A stretch of DNA of 64,000 nucleotides from Candidatus Babeliales bacterium (GTDB taxonomy: Bacteria > Babelota > Babeliae > Babelales > JBFXEV01): positions 1,461,296-1,525,295 of the forward strand of contig JBFXEV010000001.1 of the NCBI GenBank assembly GCA_050179755.1, given 5' to 3'. How positions within the stretch are numbered: the first letter of the stretch is position 1; the number at the start of each line of letters is the position of its first letter. Made by a program: the position numbers and the translations under genes. Below, piece by piece: positions 47,115 to 56,336 of this stretch. The notes below the pieces were generated by a model that worked only from the letters and a program-made list of their open reading frames with translations, was not told the origin of the DNA and searched no databases.

Positions 47115-47990
47115 TCACACAAGCTGCACATCATTGCCCAGCAACCAACCGGTGACACTACCATCGGTAACAAGATACCAAGTATCATGAATTGCACGAA
47201 TCTCAACTTCTTGGCCTCTTTGCAAGGCGGCCTTCACTCGTGCTTGAGAATTTTTATTTACGAATACCGCTGTATCACGCAGAACAAAACCCATTAAGCG
47301 ATTTTGCTCTGTATAGCGTACCATCAAAAGGGCTGCTACCACAAGTAGCAAAACGGACCAAGCCATAATAAATATCCAATTGCGCCGCTTATACCAGGTA
47401 ACTAAGAATAGTCCCAACGCAAGCACCACAAAAAATACTAGTTGCCAAATTTTGAAAGGAATAAAACGCATATATAAATCAATACGTTTAAGAAAAGCGT
47501 ATACTCTTGTTTCATGGAAAACTCCGCCATGCTCTTGCTGCACGCTAGCAACACGCTCTTGAAGCATAGTATAATCACGCAATGTAACAAAACGCTGCGC
47601 ACGGCGCCAATTCACTAACGCTTCAGGAAATAATCCAAGCGCATATGCTGCATTACCTTTATTAATAAGTAGCTCTGGATTACGCGTTGAAATACTTTTA
47701 TATAACTCATATGCTTTTTTAATATCACCTTGTTCATATAATTTATTTGCTTGCAGGTATCGTTCTTGAGCAGGAGGTTCACCAAATAACGATCCAATAA
47801 AAACAATAGAAATAAATAGCACTATCAGCTCATAGACCCTTCGATTCATTCTACTTAGCTGAAGCTTGGTAGAACACTCCCAGCTTACGCATAAAGTCCG
47901 CTCATCCTGAGCGAGCATAGCGAGTTGAAGGACGGCGGGCGCGGCAGGGTGAGCGGGATATATTCTTCTTACCATAAACCAGTTCATCAT
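47115..47990 (-). CDS. batE: BatE-like TPR/SH3 membrane protein
   Basis: TPR (ANKLYEQGD..., NKGNAAY), two TM segments, SH3-like C-terminus (WYLV...GW); start uncertain because of the repeat insertion. Confidence 0.7.
   Translation of the reverse strand: MMNWFMVRRIYPAHPAAPAVLQLAMLAQDERTLCVSWECSTKLQLSRMNRRVYELIVLFISIVFIGSLFGEPPAQERYLQANKLYEQGDIKKAYELYKSISTRNPELLINKGNAAYALGLFPEALVNWRRAQRFVTLRDYTMLQERVASVQQEHGGVFHETRVYAFLKRIDLYMRFIPFKIWQLVFFVVLALGLFLVTWYKRRNWIFIMAWSVLLLVVAALLMVRYTEQNRLMGFVLRDTAVFVNKNSQARVKAALQRGQEVEIRAIHDTWYLVTDGSVTGWLLGNDVQLV
47837..47957 (-). repeat. Nested palindromic element in the 5' end of the batE ORF
   Basis: CCCGCTCACCCTG...CCCGCCGTCCTTCAA...CTCAGGATGAGCGG..TTTATGCG..GCTGGGAG...TCGAAGGG; homologous to 27256-27348. 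Confidence 0.8.
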
Positions 47991-49729
47991 AACGTTTTCT
48001 CAAATAGTGCAAGCCATCGTTCAGCTTGATTAAAAATATCGGCAGGTGGAATTTGCGCCGCATCAAAAAAAGCATATGTCTGTAAAGTAGTACTATACTG
48101 TTGCCATTGTCTAACCGTATCTTCTGGAATGTGTGTTTCTTTTAACCAAACTTGCATATCAGAATCCAACACTTGCGAAGATGCAATACCACGGCGATCA
48201 GCAAATAAATCAATAAAAATACTATAAAGCTCACGTGCATTGCGTTCCCGCCGTGCCATAATTAATCTTTTTTGCGCTCTATGAAATGATGCTCGCGAAC
48301 GCAAATAATTTTGATTACGTAGTTTATAATTACGCCACCAATATAATCCCCATTGCATTGCAATGCCTAACAGTATCAATAAAATAACCATCCAGAATAC
48401 AAAATCAGAAAAACCAGTATCCACGCGAAACTCGGCAGATCCTTGCGCATAAAGCGGAAATAGTGCTGCGGGCACAGCATTATTAAGTTGTGCTGGTTGG
48501 TCTACACGTGCAGCTGGTTTTTGAGCTCCGTTTGCAGCATTGTCAGACATAATAGTAAGCGTAATCGGTTCTGATGTTAACTCTTTAAATTGCTTATCGT
48601 GTGGATCATAAAAGGTAAATGTTTGGGCAGGAATTGTAAGCGTGCCGGGCTCGCGTGATTGTATAATATACTCAAAACTTTTACGCTGCGTGCTCACCAA
48701 TTGATTTTTATTCTGTGCTAACGTGCTTTTTGAATCATATGAGGTCAGCGAGGGTGGCAACTTAAGTGCTGGATGAGCAAGTTCCTTAAGAGCAGCATTA
48801 CCATCAAGTGCCAACGTATAGACTATGCCCTCACCCTGTTTTGCCGTTGTTTGATTAACCGATGCTTCAAGTTGTGTAAATGTGCCTACCGCATTAACTT
48901 CGCCTTTGTGTAACGGCAAGTCGGTTACTTTAAGCTTTACTGCATTTGAATCAGTTTCATATTGTTGCATGCCAAACGCAAAATGATCCGATAATAATTG
49001 AAAAATATGCGTGCGTTCTCGCGCTTTCATAGTATAAACGGCATGCGCAGGACCTATAGTAAACGTGCCTACTTCTTTTGCAAGCATATCTCCTTGCCAT
49101 TCAATATACTCGTAGAGTGCACCCTCAATCTCCTGTGATCCTCGTGTGGGTCCAACTAATGGGCTTACCAAAAAGCCTTCAATTTTTGGCGGTTCAATTG
49201 AAGAAAGCTGAGATAAACCCAGATGATAAAATCGAAGCGTAAGAGCAATTGTTTGCCCAACAACTATTTGCTCTTCTGGCATGCGTAATTCAAGCCATGG
49301 TTCTGTGCGAGTAACTCGCTCTACTGGCTCTTGCTCCACTTTTATTTGCACAGCATTAGAAGAATACAAATCACCATTAATGGTAACTGTTGCAGGGCCA
49401 AGCGTAAAAGTTCCTACTTCTTTCGCTCGAACAACATATTGAAAACTTGTTTGCTGCGACGTAACGCCATTAATTGAATTCATGCTCGTTGTAGTGCCTT
49501 GATTGCGCACATCAAATACCGATGGAGATTCAAGAAACACTTTACCTGCTGAAGTATTTGTATTAATTGTGACCGTGGCAATAAAAGGCTTGTTAAGCGC
49601 CGCTTCATGAAGAGGCAGTCCTTGCCCAGTTTTTATACTTAATTGTACTGACACAGGATCTTGACCAAACACATAATAACTAGTCAAACAGCATGCTATT
49701 AAAAATATAAGGTTACCAATTTTTTTCAC
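47987..49729 (-). CDS. batD: BatD-like protein
   Basis: Signal peptide, repeated beta-sandwich motifs (GTFTLGPA, GTFTIGPA, GTLTIPA), AVGTF, C-terminal TM; position in the Bat cluster. Confidence 0.8.
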   Translation of the reverse strand: MKKIGNLIFLIACCLTSYYVFGQDPVSVQLSIKTGQGLPLHEAALNKPFIATVTINTNTSAGKVFLESPSVFDVRNQGTTTSMNSINGVTSQQTSFQYVVRAKEVGTFTLGPATVTINGDLYSSNAVQIKVEQEPVERVTRTEPWLELRMPEEQIVVGQTIALTLRFYHLGLSQLSSIEPPKIEGFLVSPLVGPTRGSQEIEGALYEYIEWQGDMLAKEVGTFTIGPAHAVYTMKARERTHIFQLLSDHFAFGMQQYETDSNAVKLKVTDLPLHKGEVNAVGTFTQLEASVNQTTAKQGEGIVYTLALDGNAALKELAHPALKLPPSLTSYDSKSTLAQNKNQLVSTQRKSFEYIIQSREPGTLTIPAQTFTFYDPHDKQFKELTSEPITLTIMSDNAANGAQKPAARVDQPAQLNNAVPAALFPLYAQGSAEFRVDTGFSDFVFWMVILLILLGIAMQWGLYWWRNYKLRNQNYLRSRASFHRAQKRLIMARRERNARELYSIFIDLFADRRGIASSQVLDSDMQVWLKETHIPEDTVRQWQQYSTTLQTYAFFDAAQIPPADIFNQAERWLALFEKTL

Positions 49730-50909
49730 CAGGCTTCCTTTGCGCTTGAACGTTCATTTTTAGTAATTGTTGTGCAGCTTGTGCATCACGCGCTTCAATA
49801 AACTGTAATATTTTACCTTCCCGACTATTCTTATCTATGCCATCATCCACAGCAAACGGGTCAGCTTTAACGCCTTGTGCTTTGCCACTAACAGGAGTAT
49901 CTTGTTTAGTAGAGTTTGATTGCTTTTGATTTGGAGAAGCAGCATGATCGAGGCCACCATCTTTTCGTTCGTGATCTTGTATCTCGGGTATCGAGTTTTC
50001 AAGATCATCCCCTCCACGTTGCTCAGAGTTTTTATCAGCATTATCGGGCTTACTTTCTTGCCCTACTTCTTGCCCACCTTGTTTAGTCTTTTTATTGTTA
50101 AAGTCTTGTTTTTTTCTATCATTTTGACTGGATTTTCCATCTTGTGCATTCTTATCTGATTCGGATTCATTATCTTGCTCACCTTGCTCCTGTTGCTCAC
50201 TCGATTGAGAAGCATCTTTGCTTTTTTTACTATCTTTTGATGAATCATTTTGTTGCGCTGACGAATCTTGCTGATTTTCATTTTGCTCGTTATCAGCACC
50301 ATTTTCTTGTTGTTCCTGCGATTCACTAGCGTCTGACTTATTCTTTTCTTGATTCTGGTTATTTTTTTCGTTTGATTGTTTATCTTGTTTGTTTTGATTG
50401 TTATTCTTTTTTTGATCTTGCTGTTCTTGAGTATCTTGATCTTGTTTTTGCTCTTGATCTTGCTTTTGATTTTGCTGTTGTTCAAGTAGCTTTTTAATTT
50501 TTTCAATCATTTGGCGAGCTTCTTTATGCTCAGGATCATATTTCAATACTTGTTCATAGCTTTCTATTGCTTCTTGCCACTTTTTTTGTTTAACGTATGT
50601 ATTGCCTAAATCAAACCATGCTTGCAATGCAAGCGATGGGTCAACATCCTGAGCCTTTGCAGCTTGAGTAAAATAAGATGCTGCAGCTTGATATTCGTGT
50701 TGTTGATATGCTGCTTTGCCGGCATTATAATTAAGCTCACCATCATCGGGGTTTTCAGTAAGCAATGCTTCAAACTGCTCAAGAGCACTCGCATAATCTT
50801 GCGTTCGATACGTACCAACTGCCTTGTAAAAATCAAAAAATGCTTCAAGAAAAGCACAATAACTTAAGCACAGCCCTAAGAATAATAATGAAAATCTCAT
50901 AACAACCAT
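49713..50909 (-). CDS. batC: BatC-like TPR protein with Q/N/K/D-rich linker
   Basis: YNAGKAAY and FDLGNTY TPRs, long low-complexity region, C-terminal EKNW. Confidence 0.78.
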   Translation of the reverse strand: MVVMRFSLLFLGLCLSYCAFLEAFFDFYKAVGTYRTQDYASALEQFEALLTENPDDGELNYNAGKAAYQQHEYQAAASYFTQAAKAQDVDPSLALQAWFDLGNTYVKQKKWQEAIESYEQVLKYDPEHKEARQMIEKIKKLLEQQQNQKQDQEQKQDQDTQEQQDQKKNNNQNKQDKQSNEKNNQNQEKNKSDASESQEQQENGADNEQNENQQDSSAQQNDSSKDSKKSKDASQSSEQQEQGEQDNESESDKNAQDGKSSQNDRKKQDFNNKKTKQGGQEVGQESKPDNADKNSEQRGGDDLENSIPEIQDHERKDGGLDHAASPNQKQSNSTKQDTPVSGKAQGVKADPFAVDDGIDKNSREGKILQFIEARDAQAAQQLLKMNVQAQRKPGEKNW

Positions 50910-51919
50910 TCAAGTAAAAAGCACATAAAGCTCATTGCCACAAAATAATAATATTTTTCTTCTAAGCTTGCAACGCGCGTTTGATCAAACGCCTCTTTTT
51001 CAAATTGCACAACGTGATGCACTATTTTTTGTATGTCAGCATCAGAACCGGGCGTCGCATGTACGTATACGCCACCCACATCGCGAGCAAGTGTTTCCAG
51101 AATGCCTTCATTCAAGCGAGACATTACTACTTGCCCACTAGTTTCTTTTTCATACCCATTTTTTTTGCCCTCTTTATCAACTATGGGGACTGGCGCACCT
51201 TCAAGCGAGCCTACACCCACGGTAAACACGTGCATACCTAAATTACTTGCGCGTGCTTTTATAGCAGAAAGATTAGACGAATAATCTTCACCATCAGTAA
51301 ACGCTACAACAAGTCCATGCTTACGGTTTGGCATAGACTCATATACTTGTATTGCTTTAGATAAGGCTTTATCAATAGCGGTGGTTCCTGATGAAATAGT
51401 ATTGGCATCTACTTGATCTAAAAATTGACCAAACGCATGTATGTCGTGAGTTAAAGGACAATGCACAAAAGCATCACCCGCAAATAAAATAAGCCCTACA
51501 CGTTCAGTTTTTAATTGCGTAATAAGTTGTTTAATTTTTTCTTTGGCAAAGCTGAGCCGATTTGGTTTAATGTCTTCTGCAAGCATACTGCGTGAAACAT
51601 CAAGCGCAATAAGCACGTCTCGCCCTTGCTGGTCAATCAGTTCTTCTTTTTCATTCCATTGCGGGCCAAGAAGCGCTATAAAGAGAAACAGCAAGGCAAG
51701 AACCCACAATGCTAATTTTACCAAGCGCAACCAGGGTTGCGCGCCAGAAAGCAATAATGAACGCCGCACAGGGATAACGAGCTGAGTAATACGCTGGCTT
51801 GTTCTATAATAACTATATACCAAAAGCATTGTTGCTATAAAAAAAGCGGCAAACCATACTATATTATGCCAGGCAGCCCACGTAATTCCCGCCATAATCA
51901 TGCCGATACTCCAGACCAC
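50897..51919 (-). CDS. batB: BatB-like VWA protein
   Basis: ALLGPQW, MIDAS DVSRSM, PLTHD, TDGED. Confidence 0.85.
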   Translation of the reverse strand: MVWSIGMIMAGITWAAWHNIVWFAAFFIATMLLVYSYYRTSQRITQLVIPVRRSLLLSGAQPWLRLVKLALWVLALLFLFIALLGPQWNEKEELIDQQGRDVLIALDVSRSMLAEDIKPNRLSFAKEKIKQLITQLKTERVGLILFAGDAFVHCPLTHDIHAFGQFLDQVDANTISSGTTAIDKALSKAIQVYESMPNRKHGLVVAFTDGEDYSSNLSAIKARASNLGMHVFTVGVGSLEGAPVPIVDKEGKKNGYEKETSGQVVMSRLNEGILETLARDVGGVYVHATPGSDADIQKIVHHVVQFEKEAFDQTRVASLEEKYYYFVAMSFMCFLLEWLL

Positions 51920-52893
51920 ACAAACGTACGAACAAAAAGCTCAATAAAGCATAGTGCAAGCAAAAGCCATATAAAAGGAAACAACAAATCATGATATTTG
52001 GTAAATATGGTGGCTTCTACATCAGTCTTTTCAAGTTGATCAATAGTTTCATATACGCGTGCCATATCTTCTGGCTTTTGTGCTTGAAAAAATGCGCCAC
52101 CCGTTTTTTGGGCAATCATGGTAAGCAATCGTTTGTTAATTGCTGAACCAAATTTACCGATACCAAATCGCGGATCTTGCACAAAACCACCATCTTCTGA
52201 ACCAATACCTACCGTATATACTTTAATGCCAAGCTTATTGGCAATCGCAACTGCTTCTTCTGGATCTGTATCATATCCTGGTGTAGGTTCACCATCAGTT
52301 AATAAAATAATAATTTTACTCTTTGCCTTAGAACTGCGCAAACGATTTGCCGCAGTAATAAGGGCCACGGAAAGAGCAGTACCACTTGCATCAATAGTGT
52401 CAATTTTTAAATCATTAATAATATTTTTAAGCATCTTTTTATCGAGCGTAAGTGGGCAACGAGACACTGCATATGCGCCAAAAATAACAAGCCCCATAGG
52501 ATCATGCTGACGTTTATCCACAAATTTAATTGCTTCTTCTTTGGCAACTTCTATGCGAGATCTTTGATCTTGCAAGTCATCAAATAATCGCATGCTACCA
52601 GAAACATCCAATACTATCATGATATCAATCCCCTCAACAGTTACTTGCGAATTGGTATCAACCAACTGCGGGCGCGCAATTAAGAATAAACACCCTGCAA
52701 GTACTGCACTGCGCAGAAAAAAAAGCACAGGCCGTGCATATGACTGAGATACACCGCATTCTTTCAGAAAACCAGCTAAGGGAAATTGATAGGTACTTGG
52801 CTTATACCACAGCTTTCGATACATAATAGCTAGAATAAGCACGGGAATGCCTATATAGAACGCATTGAGATTACCAAACAAAAATGATTCCAT
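51898..52893 (-). CDS. batA: BatA-like VWA protein
   Basis: IARPQ, GIDIMIVLDVSGSM, PLTLD, LLTDGE, IDQLEK. Confidence 0.87.
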   Translation of the reverse strand: MESFLFGNLNAFYIGIPVLILAIMYRKLWYKPSTYQFPLAGFLKECGVSQSYARPVLFFLRSAVLAGCLFLIARPQLVDTNSQVTVEGIDIMIVLDVSGSMRLFDDLQDQRSRIEVAKEEAIKFVDKRQHDPMGLVIFGAYAVSRCPLTLDKKMLKNIINDLKIDTIDASGTALSVALITAANRLRSSKAKSKIIILLTDGEPTPGYDTDPEEAVAIANKLGIKVYTVGIGSEDGGFVQDPRFGIGKFGSAINKRLLTMIAQKTGGAFFQAQKPEDMARVYETIDQLEKTDVEATIFTKYHDLLFPFIWLLLALCFIELFVRTFVWSGVSA

Positions 52894-52896
52894 ATC

Positions 52897-53622
52897 TTAT
52901 TGTGCCGTTTGTTCAAGAAACCATTGATATATTTGTTCCATAAATTGATCGCGTGTTTGCCCTTCTTGCATGCGCATAGGTTTTCCTACGCGTATCGTAA
53001 TTGGATACTGCCGCACTAAAAAGCTACCGATCGGGTATGCTTTGTCAAGACCATGCAAATAAACAGGCACCACTTGCAAGTTGGTAGCTTGCGCAATAAC
53101 TGAAACCCCAGGGAAAAATCGTTGCAAGTTGCCATCAACGGCTCTGCCTCCTTCAGGAAATAATATCAAGTGCCGCCCCGTTCCTTTTACAAGCCGAATG
53201 CCATTTTTTAAAGAAGACATCATTGTTTGCGGGCTTGCCAAATCTACCACCACATTCATACGGCGCGCGATAAATCCAAAAACAGGAATATCTGCAAATC
53301 GTTTTAAAAATAACCATGCATGAGGATGAAATCCTAGCAAAGAACCTACCATGGGAATATCAAGCGACGAAAGATGGTTTGGTGCAAAAATTACCGGCCC
53401 ATCAGGAATATTCTCCAGCCCTTGATACGTAATGGGCAGCATAGTTGCCCAGCACACGCCTTTAAAAAAGAGCGCTACAAAGAAAAAATAAATAGGATTA
53501 TCACGGCGCCATCGCTCTGGCAAACAAGCAATTAATAAACAAGGTGGAAAACAAATAACTGCCAAAATACCTACAATAAAATACCCAAACAGCGTGCGTA
53601 TAACATCAAAAAAAAGATTCAT
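52897..53622 (-). CDS. plsC: 1-acyl-sn-glycerol-3-phosphate acyltransferase
   Basis: NHLSSLD and FPEGGR motifs. Confidence 0.87.
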   Translation of the reverse strand: MNLFFDVIRTLFGYFIVGILAVICFPPCLLIACLPERWRRDNPIYFFFVALFFKGVCWATMLPITYQGLENIPDGPVIFAPNHLSSLDIPMVGSLLGFHPHAWLFLKRFADIPVFGFIARRMNVVVDLASPQTMMSSLKNGIRLVKGTGRHLILFPEGGRAVDGNLQRFFPGVSVIAQATNLQVVPVYLHGLDKAYPIGSFLVRQYPITIRVGKPMRMQEGQTRDQFMEQIYQWFLEQTAQ

Positions 53623-53704
53623 GCATTTTCCCTAAATTACTAATACCTCGGTAGTACTTGGAAGTACTCTACTAGTATACTGTAAACAATGAGAAAATTA
53701 AAAA

Positions 53705-54373
53705 TCAGGTATTTTTCTTACGCACAAGACAAGCAAAACAACGATTGGCTCTCTCTGCTAGTGCAGGAACTTGTCTTAAACGGACTTGAGATTGTTGAAA
53801 TTGAAAATCGATATCTTTTGCAACCGACGCAGGCTCGGCTTTAGGCAAAATTACCGGAACTTGCGCATATTCTTTAAGCCACTGTAAATCAAGGTTAATT
53901 AATGCAGTAATTCTTATTATACGATTATTATACATATGTTGCGCTTCTTCACTTTCCATATCCTGTAAATCAACACACGTGGCAAAACGCCAAAGCTTTT
54001 CAAGCATTGCTTGGCATGCTCGTATGCTAGGATGACTACTTGTTACAAACGCTGTACCTTCATTATCAATTCTTTCTGCCAATTGAAACATTTGGTCAAT
54101 CCAAGAACTAGCAGTTTCTAGAGGAATGCATACATTAAGCTCACGTAACATTAATTCGTTACCCTTAAGCTCCATACCATGCATCACCGCACGCATAACT
54201 TCTTTACATGCAATCAATTGATCTTGATGCACAATAATATCAACTGTCTTGGCCGTTATAGAAATACCGCCAAGTACGTTGCTATAATCCTCAGGAAGCG
54301 CAACTACAGACTCCATAGCTGATAACGGTAGTATCACGCTTAATCCGCCAAACAGCACACACAAGCGCAACAT
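53705..54373 (-). CDS. Secreted hypothetical protein
   Basis: Signal ...LPLSA|MES; AAGGAG RBS. Confidence 0.65.
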   Translation of the reverse strand: MLRLCVLFGGLSVILPLSAMESVVALPEDYSNVLGGISITAKTVDIIVHQDQLIACKEVMRAVMHGMELKGNELMLRELNVCIPLETASSWIDQMFQLAERIDNEGTAFVTSSHPSIRACQAMLEKLWRFATCVDLQDMESEEAQHMYNNRIIRITALINLDLQWLKEYAQVPVILPKAEPASVAKDIDFQFQQSQVRLRQVPALAERANRCFACLVRKKNT

Positions 54374-54382
54374 AGCATCTCC

Positions 54383-55228
54383 TTAATATCTTTCTGGATG
54401 ACTATGAATCTCTGTTACATATATATAAAGAAGCATTGCAAGATAAACTGGGCACAATAAACAAACAAAAACATCCACCACAAAGCCATAACTGGCCAAC
54501 AACTCTCTAATATATGCCGTTGGATAACTGAGAATATAAATCATTGAACAAACTAATAATGCAATCGGGAATTGATACACTGCTAATTTAATTCCATTCC
54601 ACATACTAGTAAACAATGATCTAAATGGCGCCTTGGTATCAAATAAAAAGAACAGCATATATGTCATTACAAATTGTAAAAATATAAAAGAACCCGCTAT
54701 TACTGAATAGTATGCGGGATTTTGTTGTAAAGGTAGATGTGGCCATAAGAGCAAACAAAAAAATGCTATTGCCATAAGCACTAAGAACATAAGCACCACC
54801 ACCACCATACTGGCAAGCACATGAGCCCAGTAACTTACAAAATATCCAAAATCCTTTTTTATTAACGAAGGTCTTACAGCCAAGAGGCAGCAATAAAACC
54901 AAATGGCAATCAGCAAGAAAGCGGAAATACCTAAAAATCTGTTGAGTGAAGTATAATAGGCAACTAGAGCGTTAAACTCAGCAAAAGATGACCATCCTTC
55001 GGCTATTGCTCTTGATGTCACATGCGATTGTAATTTCCACAGGAGATATTCATAATAAAATACCGCGCTCACCACCCCAATGAGTGCCAGAATAAGCCAC
55101 CAAAAGTTTTTGAGTAAAATGCGATAAGCATCTAATGAGCGCTTTAAGGTAACTAAGCCCCATTGTTTCAGCCCGCTCGGTGTTAATAATCTTAAAGAAT
55201 CGCCCCATGAACGTAGTAATGCTACCAT
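54383..55228 (-). CDS. Polytopic membrane protein, paralog of 55222..56040
   Basis: Shared RSW..SL..L.PS.LKQWGL.TLK, AVRPS..KK and YIY.T..HSHPE.Y motifs. Confidence 0.72.
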   Translation of the reverse strand: MVALLRSWGDSLRLLTPSGLKQWGLVTLKRSLDAYRILLKNFWWLILALIGVVSAVFYYEYLLWKLQSHVTSRAIAEGWSSFAEFNALVAYYTSLNRFLGISAFLLIAIWFYCCLLAVRPSLIKKDFGYFVSYWAHVLASMVVVVLMFLVLMAIAFFCLLLWPHLPLQQNPAYYSVIAGSFIFLQFVMTYMLFFLFDTKAPFRSLFTSMWNGIKLAVYQFPIALLVCSMIYILSYPTAYIRELLASYGFVVDVFVCLLCPVYLAMLLYIYVTEIHSHPERY

Positions 55229-56040
55229 ACCATTCCTTCATATTTTTCTGGATGACTATGCACCTGTGTTATATATATATAGATAAGAAACGAAAAATAA
55301 AACGGCAACATAAGACAAAGAAAAAGAGTCTCATATTCCACTGGCACTACATTCAATCGAGAGCGAAACCAAGAAATGGCCTCTACAATAATCTGAGCAA
55401 CGAGCGAAACGACAAGACATAATGGCAACATATATGCCAGTAATTTTATACCCCACCATATACTTTTAAAGACTGATTTAAGCGATAATGCATTATCAAA
55501 AAGAAAGAACAGGCTGAAAATAACAGGTAAGTAAAAAAAGAAAAATACCATGTAACATAAATGGGTCCACAGAAACAAGGCAATTTGTGAAAGTATTGAA
55601 TGAATGCACTGCGCAAAATAGCTATCCCACTCTCTATGGGAAAACCAATCGCCTACTATCACAATCCAGGTAAAAACGCCTACTATCGCAACCAGGGTAA
55701 AAAAAACAAGCAGAACTAATGCAACCAAACTGTGACCAAGATATTTTACAAAATAAGAGTAACTTTTTTTTTCTAATGAAGGTCTTACGGCAAGAACAGC
55801 GGCCACAACCCATGCCATAAGAAAAAAAAGCCAAGTCCATGAAAGAGCGGTATTAACACCAACCACCGGTACCAGTAAGAGCAAAAAAGCCCCTACCACT
55901 ATAAGTAACAACCAAGAATTGACTCCTAGAGTAACATAAGCTGCCGCTGACTTTTTAAGGGTCAGAAGGCCCCATTGCTTTAAAGAACTGGGCTTTAAAT
56001 ACCCTAATGATTCGACCCAAGAACGCACTAACTCATGCAT
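55222..56040 (-). CDS. Polytopic membrane protein, paralog of 54383..55228
   Basis: Same motifs; AAGGAG RBS. Confidence 0.72.
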   Translation of the reverse strand: MHELVRSWVESLGYLKPSSLKQWGLLTLKKSAAAYVTLGVNSWLLLIVVGAFLLLLVPVVGVNTALSWTWLFFLMAWVVAAVLAVRPSLEKKSYSYFVKYLGHSLVALVLLVFFTLVAIVGVFTWIVIVGDWFSHREWDSYFAQCIHSILSQIALFLWTHLCYMVFFFFYLPVIFSLFFLFDNALSLKSVFKSIWWGIKLLAYMLPLCLVVSLVAQIIVEAISWFRSRLNVVPVEYETLFLCLMLPFYFSFLIYIYITQVHSHPEKYEGMVW

Positions 56041-56183
56041 ATTACTCCTTTCTTTATAGAAATTTTAACCTGAAAAATGACCCTTATCACTCTAGCACAG
56101 CCACATCATATCAGTCAATGCTAGCAATCTTTGGGTAAGAAATCCCATTTATGAATAAGAAAAGGATACAAATGGAATATTAT

Positions 56184-56213
56184 TTGACATTTTGAAAATT
56201 TTTCGTGTAATAT
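56184..56213 (+). promoter_or_regulatory. Putative promoter for topA
   Basis: TTGACA-N18-TAATAT. Confidence 0.4.
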
Positions 56214-56336
56214 GAGTGGTAAAGGGAGCAAATGCCACCTTTAAGCTTTACAAATACTTCAAGAATGGTTTAACCTATAGTACTGCTTTTATAGTTAAAT
56301 CGAGGTTATAGTTGATTTGCAAGAGAATAAGGATTC

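Noticed and set aside
50063..50506. 147-aa K/I/N-rich ORF
   Set aside because: Alternative frame of the low-complexity batC linker.
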